The notes beneath the pieces are model-generated. The model saw only the letters and a program-made list of their open reading frames with translations, searched no databases and was not told the DNA's origin. A stretch of 61,068 bases of DNA, filler included, from Basidioascus undulatus (taxonomy: Eukaryota), in assembly GCA_000826855.1 (NCBI GenBank). It is 4 parts of 4 records of this genome, joined end to end, with 100 filler letters (N's around TTAATTAATTAA, not from the genome) between each part and the next. Parts side by side here need not be neighbours in the genome. Positions count along the whole stretch, not along the records: positions 15,301 to 30,499 come from JTLS01000659.1; positions 30,600 to 45,788 come from JTLS01000660.1; 2 more parts are not named here. One strand, written 5' to 3'. Below are positions 23,601 to 40,260 of this stretch, piece by piece; positions within the stretch are counted from its first letter, which is position 1; every line of letters starts with the position of its first letter. Made by a program: the position numbers and the translations under genes.

Positions 23601-26216
23601 GCTTGAGCAGCTCATGAGCACCATCATGAGCGCCGACGGAATCCACCACGACGTGATCAACAAGTTGTGGCAGGTGTACAGTACGTCGGATCCTGCATCT
23701 TCCCTGTCCTACCCGTCCGCTGACTACTGGACTGCACTGGCAGGCGTCCACAAGGACATCCCGAAGGCGCAGCGTCGCGGGGCGATCATCATCCTCGGCA
23801 TGCTCGCCATTCCCAAGAGCGAGATCATCAACGAGCGCCGCGACCTGCTTCTCAAGATCGGGCTGGGCCCCCTTGGCAAGGTGCGTTCGGGCGGGGCTAT
23901 CGAGGGAATCATTTGGCTGACCAAGTGATACCGCAGGCCGACCTCGGGCTTGCGCGGTATACGTGCATCGCGCTGCAGCGGTTGAGCGGAAGTGTCAAGA
24001 AGGTCAAGGGTCAGTGTCGCGACTGGACTCTGCATAACGTGCCTGGAGCTGACCATCGCTATCGCGCGTAGGTTCCTTGGCGGACACGTCCATCCGTTTG
24101 CCGATGTCGGAGCCTCTGTTCCGTCGACTGCAGGAGGCGATCGAGACGCCCACGGACTCGAAGGCCTGGTGCGTCCCTCCACATTCATGAGAACGCCTCG
24201 AGTGTCGCTAACCCGACGCGTGTTCGCAGGTTCGGTATGGCCGAGCAGGCAATCAACACGATCTACCTCCTCGGCGAGCAGCCCGACCTGCTCTGCGACG
24301 AGATGATCAAGAACATGACCGCCAAGGCATTCGCGACCGTCGAGCCCGCGGACACGCCCGCCGCAGCGCCATCACCGGAGGGCGAGGAGTCGAGCGCCCC
24401 CGCCGAGGACGACGGCGAGCCGCCAGTGACCCAAAACTCTCAGAGCTCGGCGCGTGAAGACTCGTTAACGCCCGCAGCGGACCCGGTCTGGGGCAACGCG
24501 TTCCGCCTCAGCCAGCTCATCTTCACTGTCGGCCACGTCGCCATCCGCCACATCGTCCACCTCGAGCTCGTCGAGCGCGAGTACAAGCGGAGGAAGGCCG
24601 AGGCAGACAAGGGTGCGTGCCTGCCATGGCTTGTCTCTAATCGAGTGGGAACCTGCGAGCTCTATTGACACTTGATCTCTTCTTTTCATATCATTACAGA
24701 GAAAGCCGCCGCCGGTGGCAAGGCGGCGAAGACGGAGGAGCTCGACCAGGTCGCCGGTAACGCGGAGGACGACATCGGCGACGGCATGGCTGCCGTGCGC
24801 GAGCGCGAGCTCCTCTACGGGCCCGACTCGCTCCTCGCCGTGTATGGGCCCATGACCGCCCACATCTGCACGAACCCGAAGCAATTCCCCGTTCGTCTTA
24901 TTAAAATGTCTTGATTTATCTTAGAAAGCTTTGAGCTGACGCTCCGCTGCCTCTGGCAGTTCCCGATGCTGCGCACCGCCGCAACGCTCTCACTCAGCAA
25001 GTTCATGTGCGTCAGCTCGCGCTTCTGCGAGGAGCACCTCCTCCTCCTCTTCAAGATGCTCGAGACCGCCAAGGATCCGACGATCCGGAGCAACATCGTC
25101 ATCGCCCTCGGCGACATTGCCGTCTGCTTCTCGAATATCATCGACGAAAACTCCGTACGATAAGAGTCCCTTTGTTGGACCATATTCGGCTGCTGACAGA
25201 GGAATGACGGGCAGGACCGGCTCTACGCCGGGCTCGCGGACAAGGACCTTCTCGTCAAGAAGAACACGCTCATGGTGCTCACGCACTTGATCCTCAACGG
25301 CATGATCAAGGTCAAGGGCCAGCTCGGCGAGATGGCCAAATGCCTCGAGGACGAGGAGACGCGCATCAGCGACCTCGCGAAGCTCTTCTTCACCGAGCTC
25401 TCGACCAAGGACAACGCTGTGTACAACAACTTGCCCGACATCATCAGCCACCTCTCCGTCGGCAAGCACGCCGTCGACGAGGAGGTCTTCAAGAGCACGA
25501 TGAAGTTCATCTTCACGTTCATCGAGAAGGTGCGCGTGCTCTCACCAATCGCATCCTGCGGTAATGACTGACTTGCGATGTATCTGCTTCGTGAATGCAG
25601 GAGAAGCAGGCGGAGAACATCGTCGAGAAGCTTTGTCAGCGCTTCCGCCTCGCGACCGACGAGCGGCAATGGCGCGACGTCGCGTTCTGCCTTTCGCTAC
25701 TGCCGTTCAAGTCGGAGCGCTCGATGAAGAAACTCATCGAGGGCCTGCCGTTCTACCAAGACAAGCTCCACGAGGACACCGTCTTCAAGCGTTTCTCGGA
25801 GATCCTCGTGAAGGTACGCCGCTAAACTGATACCCAGCAGAGCACTCCGCAGATGCTGACGTTCCTTTGTCGTTATCAGGCGCGGAGCAACAAGGCATCG
25901 AAGTCCGAGGCTGACCTGAAGGAGTTTGAGTCGGTGCGTGTTGCGCAACCGAGGATACTCGAAGTTTACCACACTGACTTCGACGTTCTAACGCAGATCC
26001 TGGAGAACGCCAAGACGCAGGGCGAGGAGGACAAGGAGCTTGCTACCCGTGCGGAGAAGTCCAAGACGCGGGCGAGTGCACGGCAAGCGGCGAAGGGCAC
26101 CCGTCGGAGTGAGTCTACCTGCCCCAGTTATAATGGCTAGCCTGCTGAAGCACCCTCGGTGTTCAGCTCGAAGGAAGGCCGCACCGCCCAGCGACGACGA
26201 GGAGGACGACGAGTGA
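20695..26216 (+). CDS. YCS4: Condensin complex subunit 1 (Ycs4/Cnd1/NCAPD2); multi-exon
   Basis: LRLRTERIWTTTVEKDAF, QNLQYYEHLSEPMAE, LEDKSSSVRKNAIALVTKLVLTHPYG, GIRKMLHLIWTKD, LSKFMCVSSRFCE, IRSNIVIALGDIAVCF, LTHLILNGMIKVKGQLGEMAKCLED, YNNLPDIIS; TGA 26214-26216. Confidence 0.95.
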
Positions 26217-26729
26217 TCTACCGAGCCGGAGACGTAATGGCGCTTACTTCTTATCTTTCGATTTCCCTTACTGTATTCTTACTGCCCAGGTGGGCTATTT
26301 GTACGACGAAGGTTACCTTGCTTGATTACTACTCCTTGCTGTCGAATGTGTCTTGATCCGGTCCCAACCACACGCAAGAGACAGTTCTCCTTCTGCCACG
26401 CTCTGCATGAGAAAGCATATCGAGTTGCAGAGTTCTCACCAACTGTGCGTAGTGCAGCATAGTGTTGAAAATACTGCATTGCAGAAGAGCTACCAAGAAG
26501 AGCGTCGGTGACAAGTGTGGGTCGAGACCCAGGGCTTGGAGCGCGGCGGGGCTCGGACGAGGAGACCCGTCGCCAGAGGAAATTGGGCTGGAAATGCAAC
26601 CGTACTGGTCAGAGTCGTGACTCCCGAAGTGCTCTCCTAAGCCAAACGCCAAACCAATCAGAATGCCTTCTGCCGCATCGATCTCTGCGGTCAACTGCAT
26701 CCCATCCCCCGTCCCAAGCTAGCTAGCCC

Positions 26730-27933
26730 TCAGCGCTGCCAATGCCAATCTATGCGTCGGGCCACAACGACGTCGGAGATTTCTCTCCGCACGGGCTCCT
26801 CGGTCTCCTCATCCTCAATTTCTTCCTCGAAATACTCTGGCCAGGTCAGACATGCTGCGACTTTGACAGACGGAAGCCCCGCCAGGAGGTCAGCGACGTC
26901 GTACACGTCCGGCGTGATCACCATGCCGCGGCCGAGCTGGAGCGGCGGAAGGCAGATGCCGCGGAGGCGGGTGAGTGGGGCCAGGGCAGTCTTATAGAAC
27001 GGCTACTTGTGTACGGGTGGGGTTAGCAGGGAGTCGGACAGTCAGTATAGTGTAGAAGGGTGGAAGGACAGGCACACGCACGATATCCTCCGGCGTCCAC
27101 TCGAGATCGGCGGCGGCGATCATCCGCTGGTTCTCGGTGCCGAGACGAGGTCGAGGCTCTCAAGGTTGGGGCAGCGCCGCGCGAGGTCCGCGATGACCGG
27201 GGCGGGCACGCCGAGGCCCGTGACGGCGAGGTAACGGAGCCGGAGCGAGCGGAGCTTCTCGAGGGTGGTCCGCAGGCACGTTCGTTCCCCATTAAGTCGA
27301 AGAAGTGCGGGAACTCGACTCGCAGATCTTCGAGCCCGTGAGGAGCGAGAGGTGCGCCGCGTCGGGCGGGTTGATGTCGACTAGGTGCGCAGCCGGCGGA
27401 GGGGAAGAGCGGGAGCAGGAGCACCCCGTCGCAGCTGCAGGGAGGCCACATATAGAAGAGGACTCGGCGCCTTCGTACACCCATTTGGAGGGTGGCGATG
27501 GGATGGTGAGGTGTTCCCAAAGAGTGAGCGAGGCGAGCGGGACGTGCGACAGCGCTGGGAGAAGCTGCGCAGGCCAGAGCATCGCATTCATGCGATGGAA
27601 CAGGGGGTACGCGGTCACGTCGTCGCCGCTATGGTTGGCAGAGTTCCACCCGCGGCGTGGTCTCGAGCTCGAGCGACCTGCGAGGCCCGTTAGCGCAGAT
27701 CCGGCACGAGCGAGTTTCAAGAAACCAGACCCACCGGAGTTACTGAATCTTCTCCCAATGATGCCCCACGTACCGCACAAGCGCGCAGTGACTCGATGCG
27801 CAGCTCGGACCATGTGAGCGGCAGGAGGAGCGCGTGAAGGCGCGCGTTGAAGCGAGAGGAGGATGCGATCGGTCGGTTTGAGGAGACGAGCGATCTGAAG
27901 GAGGGTCTCCGAGGGTAGAGCAGCGAAGGACAT
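26730..27933 (-). pseudogene. F-box/LRR-like protein pseudogene (left arm of inverted pair)
   Basis: MSFAALPSETLLQIARLLKPTDRILLSL, then a frameshift into NARLHALLLPLTWSEL; later LEDLRVEFPHFFDLMG and DLARRCPNLESLDL; several frame breaks. Confidence 0.6.
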
Positions 27934-28293
27934 TTGAAATGAACAGAGGTTAGTAGGTTTGGATGAGCGATGAATGAAGCTGAAAGTGCGAAGCAAGCTG
28001 GATTGTACGCACGGCTGTCAATGTTTCTTAGACTTAGGGCAGCTCCTGTGGACAGCCAGCAGTCTACGGCGCTCCCTCGACCGACTCGGGGAGAAAATAG
28101 CATGAGGGACAGTTTGGGACTGAAATTTTAGTCTATCTGACTGTCGAGCAGAAGTGCAGACGGTAAATGTCAATACAACCCTTGCAGCCCTGCCTAGAAT
28201 AATCGTAGACACAGTAGGCAGTCCGAACCCCAGCTCCTTTCACATCTCCATCACACCCATAACCTTCCAAAATCACACTAACTTCTCCCCGAG

Positions 28294-29573
28294 ATGTCCT
28301 TCGCTGCACTCCCGCCGAGGTCCTGCTTCGCATCGCTCGGCACCTCGAGCCAACCGATCGCATCTACCTTCGCTCGTCTGCAACCGGCGCCTGCACGCTG
28401 CCCTCCTTCCGCTCGCGTGATCTGAGCTGCTCGAATCGTTGGGGGATTCCGTACGATACATGAAGCATCACCGGGCCAAGTTCCGGTATCTCCGGTGGGT
28501 CTCAGTTAGGGAAGCTCGCTCACGCCAGGATTCGCGCCGAGCTCGATCGACTTGCAATTGAATGCGAGCAGGTCGCTCGAGCTCGAGACTACACCCCGAT
28601 GGTCCTCTACTGGCAATCAGGAGGGCGACGAACTTTCCGGGGACGACGAACTTTCTGGGTACCCCGTGCTCAATTGCGTCGAAACCACGCTCTGGCCGTC
28701 CAAGCTTCTCCCAGCGCTGTCGGACGTCCCGCTCACCTCGCTCACTCTCCGCGAATACCTCATCATCCCGACCAGCCCTCGCGATAGACCTACGAGGGCG
28801 CCGAGTCCGCCCCCCTCTCCTCCCTATGGCTGCCCCCGCGACTCAGGCGCGGCTCCCCCCTCCCCGCGCTCTTCGCCTCCCTCAGGCGGCTCCATCTCGT
28901 CGACATCAACCCCGGGGACGCAGCGCACCTCTCGCTCCTCCCCGCGCTCGAACACCTGCGCGTCGAGTTCCTGCACTTCTTCGACTTGATGGGCGCCCTC
29001 CCCGCCTTGCGGACCTGCCTCGAGACGCTCGACTCGCCCAGCCTCCGCCACCTCTCTATCATGGCCCTCGGCGTCAAGGCCCCCGTGCTCGCGGACCTCG
29101 CGCGCCGCTGCCCTAAGCTCGAGACGCTCGACCTCGCCGCTGGCTTGCGGGGCACAGAGAACCAGCGGATGATAGGCTCTGCGGACCTCGAGTGGACGCC
29201 GGGTGATATCGTGCGTTCCGCCAGCCATCATCGCATCCAACTTGACCCATACTCACACACACGCACCGCAGTCATTCTGCATAACCGCCCTCGCCCCGCT
29301 CTCCGGCCTCCGGCGCGTCGTCCTCCCGCCGCTCTAGTGCCGGACGCACAGCACGCGGTGGCCCTGCTGCAGGGGCTCCCGTCTGTGGAGGTCGCGCGGT
29401 GCTTGGTCTTGCCGCTTGTTACCGAGGAAGCAGAAGACGTCGCCGATAGGAGGCCAGGGGCCCTGTGCGGAGATACCTGTTGGATGTCATTGAGGCTCGG
29501 CGCGGATAGAGATAGGACTCTAATGCAATGCACAGCGGATCAATGCGGGAGAGCTCGAGCACAGTCTGGTTGA
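28294..29573 (+). pseudogene. F-box/LRR-like protein pseudogene (right arm of inverted pair)
   Basis: MSFAALP/AEVLLRIARHLEPTDRIYL with frameshifts; TGA at 28418 where the paralogue has TGG; LEHLRVEFLHFFDLMG and DLARRCPKLETLDL. Confidence 0.6.
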
Positions 29574-30499
29574 TGGTTGCGGGTAACCTTACTTCCGCCC
29601 ACTCGAAGAGTGGTCCGAACAGATACTGGGCCTCTGTCGGTCGGGGCTGTGAGATCATTAAAATTTGCAGCTTTGTATGAAGATAGAGCCAAAGAGACCC
29701 GTCGCCTGCCGCCTGAGTCCCCAAGCCGCGCGGCTCAGCTCCAGCGATACCCAGCGAGCGGCTCGCAGCGCGCGAGAGGAAGTGTGCAAGAGCGAGCAGT
29801 TCCGGACAGGTTCAATGACGCGTCGTTAAGAGTTGAGCCGAATAGAAGAATAGAACCTGTGCCCGCGTTGCACTCGGGCATGCCAAGGGGAGCGCTGGGC
29901 GGCGCGAGACGGACGGGAGTGCGCGACGCTCGAGATGCACGACGATGTTCGTCCGCGAGAAGAAGGAAGAAGACCCTGCGCCTGGGGCAGAAGAGAAGCA
30001 ACGAAAGGGGGCTGGGTGGGACTGGGTGGGGTGACAGCTGTGAGTCTACCTTGTTCAAACGGACGCGAGCCGTTCGAGGTGATTGTGGACGACGATGGCT
30101 GCATCAGTGGAGGTTTGACGAAATGATTGGATGTGGGAGTCCGGAGTGAGGGGGGTTGGCCGCGATCGAGTGTGAGTGATACCGAGATGAGGGGCGGTGT
30201 GAGCGCGAGACGTGAGGTGGGAGAAGCAGAGCAGGACGATTGCTCCTCGGCCGCCCGCCCGCAAAGCGGCGGCCTCATGATCTCAGGTCGAAGATCGAAG
30301 ATCGAAGGTCGATGCGCGCTCAATTCGAAGTGAAGTGAGTGAGCAGCGCGAAGGCGGTAGATAGATAGATCCCAAACGAGCGAGCGATGCGATTTGCGAT
30401 GGTGTAACGTACAAGCACAGAATCAGTCCAAAGAAAAACGAAAAAGTGTACACAAGCGGGGCCGCGCCTGCCCCCCCCCCCCCTCCCCCACGCCTTCCC

Positions 30500-30599
30500 N
30501 NNNNNNNNNNNNNNNNNNNNNNNNNNNNNNNNNNNNNNNNNNNTTAATTAATTAANNNNNNNNNNNNNNNNNNNNNNNNNNNNNNNNNNNNNNNNNNNN
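30500..30599. other. Artificial contig linker
   Basis: N44-TTAATTAATTAA-N44. Confidence 0.98.
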
Positions 30600-30723
30600 C
30601 CCCCTCCCCATTCCCCAGCCCCTTCTCCCCTCTCCCTCCCCCTTCCACTCTCTCTTCCCCATGTCGTTCTCCTACTCTATCGACCGACTAAGACGGAAAA
30701 CTGATGCTTGTCCGGGCATACAG

Positions 30724-30857
30724 TCACCCCTGAGGACATCGCAGAAGACATCATCTTTGCGACCTCGCGCCCGCCGCACGTCAACGTCGCCAACACACTC
30801 GTCTTCCCTGTTAGCCAGGCCAGCGCGGGGATAGTTCACAGGCCGGGGAAGCAGTAA
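30724..30857 (+). CDS. Last exon of NADP-dependent 3-hydroxy acid dehydrogenase-type SDR (YMR226C/YdfG-like)
   Basis: After acceptor CAG: TPEDIAEDIIFATSRPPHVNVANTLVFPVSQASAGIVHRPGKQ*. Confidence 0.75.
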
Positions 30858-31753
30858 TTGCGGATTGGAGTTGAGAAAAGAGAGGGGAAAAGAAAGGGTA
30901 TACCGGGAATGAAGATACCAGTTGACGTGGCCGCTGCGTACAAGAGTGTGGGCGCTGGCTTGGGGCGCCGGAGGGTGGAATCGAAGTGGATAGGACGGAC
31001 TGTCCTGCGTTCTTGCTTGCGTGGAAGCGAGTTGGCCATACTAGTTGCTTCTTTTGCGTCGCTGAGGATCTCAAGCTGAAGTTGAAACTTATAAGAGCCT
31101 GCTGCTGGTCTGCGGACTGCAGACGACTTGTAGAGGCCGGCAGGGGATGGCTTTGCTCGGGTTGCTGCATTTCACCGGCTACCGTGTACCACCCCCGGTG
31201 GTAAATGGACTCTGGGTTTGTGGTCTATTACTGGCCAAGATACCGCGCACTGTCAGCATTGGTCGGCGGCGAAGGAAGAGAAGCTGCACTGTGAAGAGGG
31301 CCCCGCAGTACGCGTATTTCGAAGACCGCGCTTTCTCCTGCTTGGCTGGTGGGCTCTACCGTCATGTTGCTATTGTAAAGTTTCTACGGTGTTTGTGCTG
31401 GTGCACGGCAGGATGAGCGTCGAAACGTGTGCGCAGTCGCTTTCAACGTGCAACCCTAACCTCGGGCGCCGCCCCCGATGATCGCATTTCCAGTTCCAAC
31501 TTCTCTTTATCTTCAACAGCTTCCACATTTTGCAAACTGACCACCTACCTGACATCACTACCTCCTTTGAGTCTCATACTCACGTACATCTCGATTATCG
31601 AGACGCAAACCCCGCGCGCGAGCCCGCGAGCCTCGGAGGACTTCGCACGCCACTCTGCCCTGCGATCGCCGTCGCAGTCGCCACGCGTCCGGGCTTTCAT
31701 ATCAAAGAAGCGCTCGATCTGTTTCCTGAGCTTTACGCGTTCTCAAGCTCAGC

Positions 31754-35429
<3,676 letters not shown>

Positions 35430-35699
35430 ACGGCGCCTCTTTATCTTGCATTTTTAGTCCTGTACAACACGACATCGCATCGCATTGCATTTGACCTTCC
35501 TAAGAATGTGTGCGGCGTTGCGGGCACAGACGCCAGCGTATCAGGGTTGCGGACTGGCTAGGCGGGGATTGTGTAAAGGAATTGACGACGTAGAGACGCC
35601 GTCGAAACGTTGTACGCCTCGGCGGCGGGGGAGTTCGATCAATGCTTTTCAGCCGAGTATGGCAGGAAAGCCGGACTTTCGAAGTGACTGTGTTGCAAC

Positions 35700-36420
35700 C
35701 CGGACCGGTCCGTAGAACGAGGGTGTCAGCATGGTGCCCGTCGACTGCCTTCCACAGAACATTCGCAAGACCCATTGTCCGCTTGAAGAGCTCTCCACTG
35801 CGCAAGTACATTAGGCCTAGTTTTACATGATGTCCAACCACGCAACCACGATCGGCCGGACTGTCGTCAACACGCTGTCGGGAAGAAAAAGATCGCCGGA
35901 CGTCGGTTCATCCCCGTGGTGAAAAAGGTAGTAAATTTCACTGTCGAGATAGTAGCCGTCAATCAACTCATACTGAAGGAACTCCTCATCCAGGGGCCGT
36001 CCGAAATTGTAGCAAAAGGGTGAGTGGAATTCGGGTTCCGTGGTTGACTCGCAAGAGCGCAAAAAAGAATTTAAAAAAAGGAATGAAAAATTGGGGAGAA
36101 CGTCCGCGACACGCACTCCATCAGGGTTGGGGCCGACCCAAGTTAACGGAACGTTGGGCATAATGCGAATCTTGAGCTCGCTGACCGCTGGATGAACGGC
36201 GAGCTCCTGGCCGCGTTCCCGACATAGGACGCCTTCAGATCTTCGACGCTTACATGATTTATCAAAGTATTCGCCGAGGGTCAGTGGTTGGGGAATTGCA
36301 GGGCGGAAAGGGTGGAGGGGAGGGAGACGAGCGCGAGAGCGCTTCGGATCCGGGAGAAACGTGCATTGCAGCGGCACAATCTTAGGGCATTGCAAATAAC
36401 CGAGAAAAGAAATTAGCATA
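35700..36420 (-). CDS. Hypothetical protein or pseudogene, possibly DUF6699-like
   Basis: 214-aa ORF 35823-36467 contains ELAVHPAVSELKIRIMPNVPLTWVGPNPDGVRVADVL, resembling the P-A-T-x-P...NPxGVTVxDVL pattern of basidiomycete DUF6699 proteins (recalled similarity, not searched). It may continue in another frame near 35825. Confidence 0.3.
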
Positions 36421-36791
36421 TACATATGCAGACGTAAAGAGAGCGTGAGAGGTTGAAGCCGAAGCACTGGAATGAGACGGGCCCGCCAGCGGCTGCCATT
36501 CCTTCACGTTATTGGTAATTGCTCAGCCGCCTGACAAGTGGTGAAAGGGAACTGCATTAATTTAAGAACAGCGATGAAACGTGATTATACGTGATGATAC
36601 ACGTTCCTCTCGAGCATTCACAAAAGCAGAGCGCACGCAGCTATCAACGCCGGACCGAACTCGCAACGTAAAGCCCAGTCTTTGATCGTTTTGATATACA
36701 GTCGTCATAGAAAATCAATGCGCAAATAGCAAGGGGTAATGCAAAACAGGAGAAGAAAGAAAAAGCCCAAAAAGTTCAGACTATTTTACGC

Positions 36792-39700
36792 CTAGTCGAC
36801 CTCCTCCATCGAGCCGGCCTCCTCGAGAGCAGGCGGCTCCTCGTCGGCCTTGGCAGCGTCGGCGACAGTCTCAGCGACGGTCTCGTCGGCGTCACTGCGA
36901 GAGCGGAAGGAGGGTGAGCGAAGTGTCGGGCAGAGACGATGGAGGGAAAGGGAGGAAGGCTCACATGGACAGGCCGAGCGAGATCATGCGGTTGATGCGC
37001 TTAGCGAAGGAGGCCGGGTCCTCGAGGGAGAACTGGGGAAAGCGTCATGTTTCGAGTCAGTTCACGGTTGAACACTTGCCAAAAGGATGAGAATGACGCA
37101 CGCCCGAGGTGAGGAGCGAGGTCTCGAAGAGGAGGAAAGTGAGGTCGCGGACAGTCTTGTCGGCCTTGTCCTCGGCGACCTTGGTCTTGAGCTCGCGGAT
37201 GATGGGGTTGTGCGGGTTGAGCTCCATCGTCTTCTTGCTGGCCATGTACGAGGACATCGAGGTGTCACGGAGTGCCTGCGCCTTCATGATACGCTCCTGT
37301 AATCCAGAACACAACAGGTCAGCTCGCTCGCTCGCTCTTGGGAGGGAGAAGAGTTGGCCGACGGAAAACGCACCATGTTGGAGGACCAGCCGAACTGGCC
37401 AGTGACGAGCACGCACGGCGAGTCGGTGATGCGGTTGGAGACGACGACCTTCTCGACCTTGTCGCCGAGGTTCTCCTTGATCGCCTTGCAGAGGTCGTCG
37501 AACTCGGCGGCCTCCTTCTCGCGCGCGGCCTTCTCCTCCTCGGTCTCCTCGAGCTCGAGGCCCTCCTTCGACACGCAGACGAGCTTCTTGCCCTCGAACT
37601 CCTTGAGCTGGGTGACGGCGTACTCTAGAGACGCAGCGAGATCGCACATCAGTGGGCTGCAGAGACAGGAAGGGGAAGGTGGGAGAAGGCGAACGCACCG
37701 TCGATGGGGTCGACCATGAGCAGGACCTCGAAGCCCTTCTTCTTGAGGACCTCGAGGAAGGGAGAGTCGCGGGTGGCCTGGAGCGACTCGCCAGTGAGGT
37801 AGTAGATGTTCTTCTGGATCTCGGGCATGCGGGTGATGTAGTCTACAAGTGTGTACGCAGAGTCAGCACGCTACTCATCGAACAGCTGCGTGTCGCGAGC
37901 GACCCACCCTTGAGAGAAGTCTGCTCCTCGCCGGACTTGGTCGAGTGGAAGCGGAGGAACTCGGCGAGCTTGGCGCGGTTCTGCGCGTCCTCGTGGATAC
38001 CGAGCTTGAGGTTCTGTTAAACAGACGACGCAGCGTCAGTACTGCTCGATGCGATCCGTCCCGAAGCGTTCGAGCGAAAGCAGCGCACCTTGCCGAAGGA
38101 CTCGTAGAACTTGGCGAAGTTGTCCTTGTCCTCCGCGATCTCGCTGAACATCTCGAGGCACTACGGCGCCGAAACATCCCATCAGCAGCTCGTTCCGCGC
38201 TCTGGTAGGCTGAAAGCGCACCTTCTTGACGATGTTCTTGCGGATGACCTTCAGAATCTTGTTCTGCTGGAGGGTCTCACGCGAGATGTTGAGGGGGAGG
38301 TCCTCGGAGTCGACGATACCTGCATCGGGCGAGCCGTCCGTCAGCGCACAAATCACAGCAGGGTGAGAACGCGAACCAACGAACCCTTGACGAAGTTGAG
38401 GTACTCGGGGATGAGGTCCTCGCAGTCGTCCATGATGAAGACGCGGCGGACGTAAAGCTTGATGTTGTTACGCTTCTTCTTGGTCTCGAAGAGGTCGAAC
38501 GGCGCGCTGCCGGCGGAACCTCGCGCATCAGCCAGGGAAGTTCGCTCTTTTAGGTCAAGGTGACTCACCGCTTCGGGACGTAGAGGATCGCCTTGAACTC
38601 AAGCTGGCCCTCGACCGAGAAGTGCTTGACGGACATGTGGTCCTCCCAGTCGTTCGTGAGCGACTTGTAGAAGGCGCCGTACTCCTCGGGGGTGATGTCC
38701 TGCGGGTTGCGCTGTAGAAGGAAACCACATCAGCCGCCAAGTCCAGCGCGGAATGCGCTCGCAGCGCAGCTTACAGTCCAGAGGGGCTTGGTCTTGTTGA
38801 GCTCCTCATTCTCGGTGACCTTCTCCTTGATCTGAAAGCGAGCCAGAGCTGCGTCAGCATCGCGCAACGAAACGGCTGAGGACTCCAAGAACACACCTTC
38901 TTAGTCTTCTTCTCCTTCTTCTCCTCCTCGTCCTCGACCTCCTCGATCTTGGGCTTCTTGTCGGCGTCCTCCGCAACCTCCTCGGCGGCCTCGTCCTCGA
39001 CCTCCTTCTCGACCTCCTTCTCGACGACGAGCTGGATCGGGTACGAGATGAACTCGGAGTGCTTCTTGACGATGTCCTTGATCTTCTTCTCCTCGAGGTA
39101 CTCGAGCTGGTCCTCCTTCAGGTAGAGGCGCATCTCGGTACCGCGGCCGAGACGCGGGTTGACGGTGTCCTGCGTGATCGTGAAGGTGCCGCCGGCGGCC
39201 GACTCCCAAATGTACTGCTCGTCGTCGTTGTGCTTGGTGATGACCTCAACCTTCTCGGCGACGAGGTAGGCGGAGTAGAAACCGACACCGAACTGGCCGA
39301 TCATGGAGATGTCCGCGCCGGAGGAGAGGGCCTCCATGAACGCCTTGGTACCGCTGCGGGAAGAAGGCGCAGTTAAGTGCACGATCGGCAGTCAAGATCG
39401 GTTGTAAAGAGAGACGTACGACTTGGCGATCGTACCGAGGTTGTTGACGAGGTCGGCCTTGGTCATGCCGATACCGGTGTCGCGGATGGAGAGGACCTTC
39501 TGCTCCTTGTGCTGCGGGACAAAGAACATGAAAACTCAGTTCTCCGTTTTCCACAAAAAATGCGTGCAAAGGGAAGACGCACGGGAGTGATGCGGATGTA
39601 GAGCTCCTTCTCCGTGTCGAGCTGGGAGGGGTCGGTGAGGGAGGCATAGCGGATCTTGTCGAGAGCGTCGGAGGAGTTGGAGATGAGCTCGCGGAGGAAG

Positions 39701-39795
39701 ATCTCCTTGTTCGAGTAGAAGGTGTTGATGATGAGGTCGAGAAGCTGCGAGATCTCGGCCTGGAAGCCGAACTGCTCAGACTGGGGCGCGGACAT
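36792..39795 (-). CDS. HSP90: Cytosolic Hsp90; multi-exon
   Basis: [80 protein letters not shown]-terminal MEEVD* (TAG 36792-36794). Confidence 0.98.
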
Positions 39796-40197
39796 GATGA
39801 ACTGCTGCGGCGGAGAAGGGCGCAGGGGAAGAAGACGGTCGTCAGCAGCTGCCTCTCAAGACAACATAGCGCTCTATGAAGCCCCGTTCTGCAGAACACG
39901 TCCTGTGGAAGATGCAGAGGGATCCCAAACTGGAGTATCCATGGTCCCTATTCCCACCCAAAAAGCGCTCCCGAGCGTCTTCCATCGCCCAGTCCGCCCC
40001 TGCAGCACCTCGCGATAAAGAACAGGGATATCGCGGCCGTCCTACTCACCTACGAGTATGCGATAAAAGGAAAATGCGAAGAGTGCTAATGCAGAGAGTA
40101 GGGGACGATGCGCGAGGTGGAAATGCGAGAGAGAGTGGCGAGGGCACGCTGCTGCACAAAGTCGGCGGTCAAGAAGAGCGTCGGCAGGCGCTCCCCC

Positions 40198-40260
40198 TCG
40201 AATGTGCTAGAGACTGACATGGAAACTAGTAGAAGATCGCACGCCGTCTAGGTCTTTCCC
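40198..40260. promoter_or_regulatory. Possible degenerate heat-shock elements upstream of HSP90
   Basis: cGAAtgtgctaGAga and gGAAactagtaGAAgaTC show nGAAn units at 10-bp spacing, about 150-200 bp upstream of a probable 5'-UTR intron donor (40049). Confidence 0.3.

Noticed and set aside
31500..31700. Possible F-box remnant (LTSLPPLSLILTYI) upstream of XPD
   Set aside because: The match is too short and lies in probable promoter/UTR sequence.
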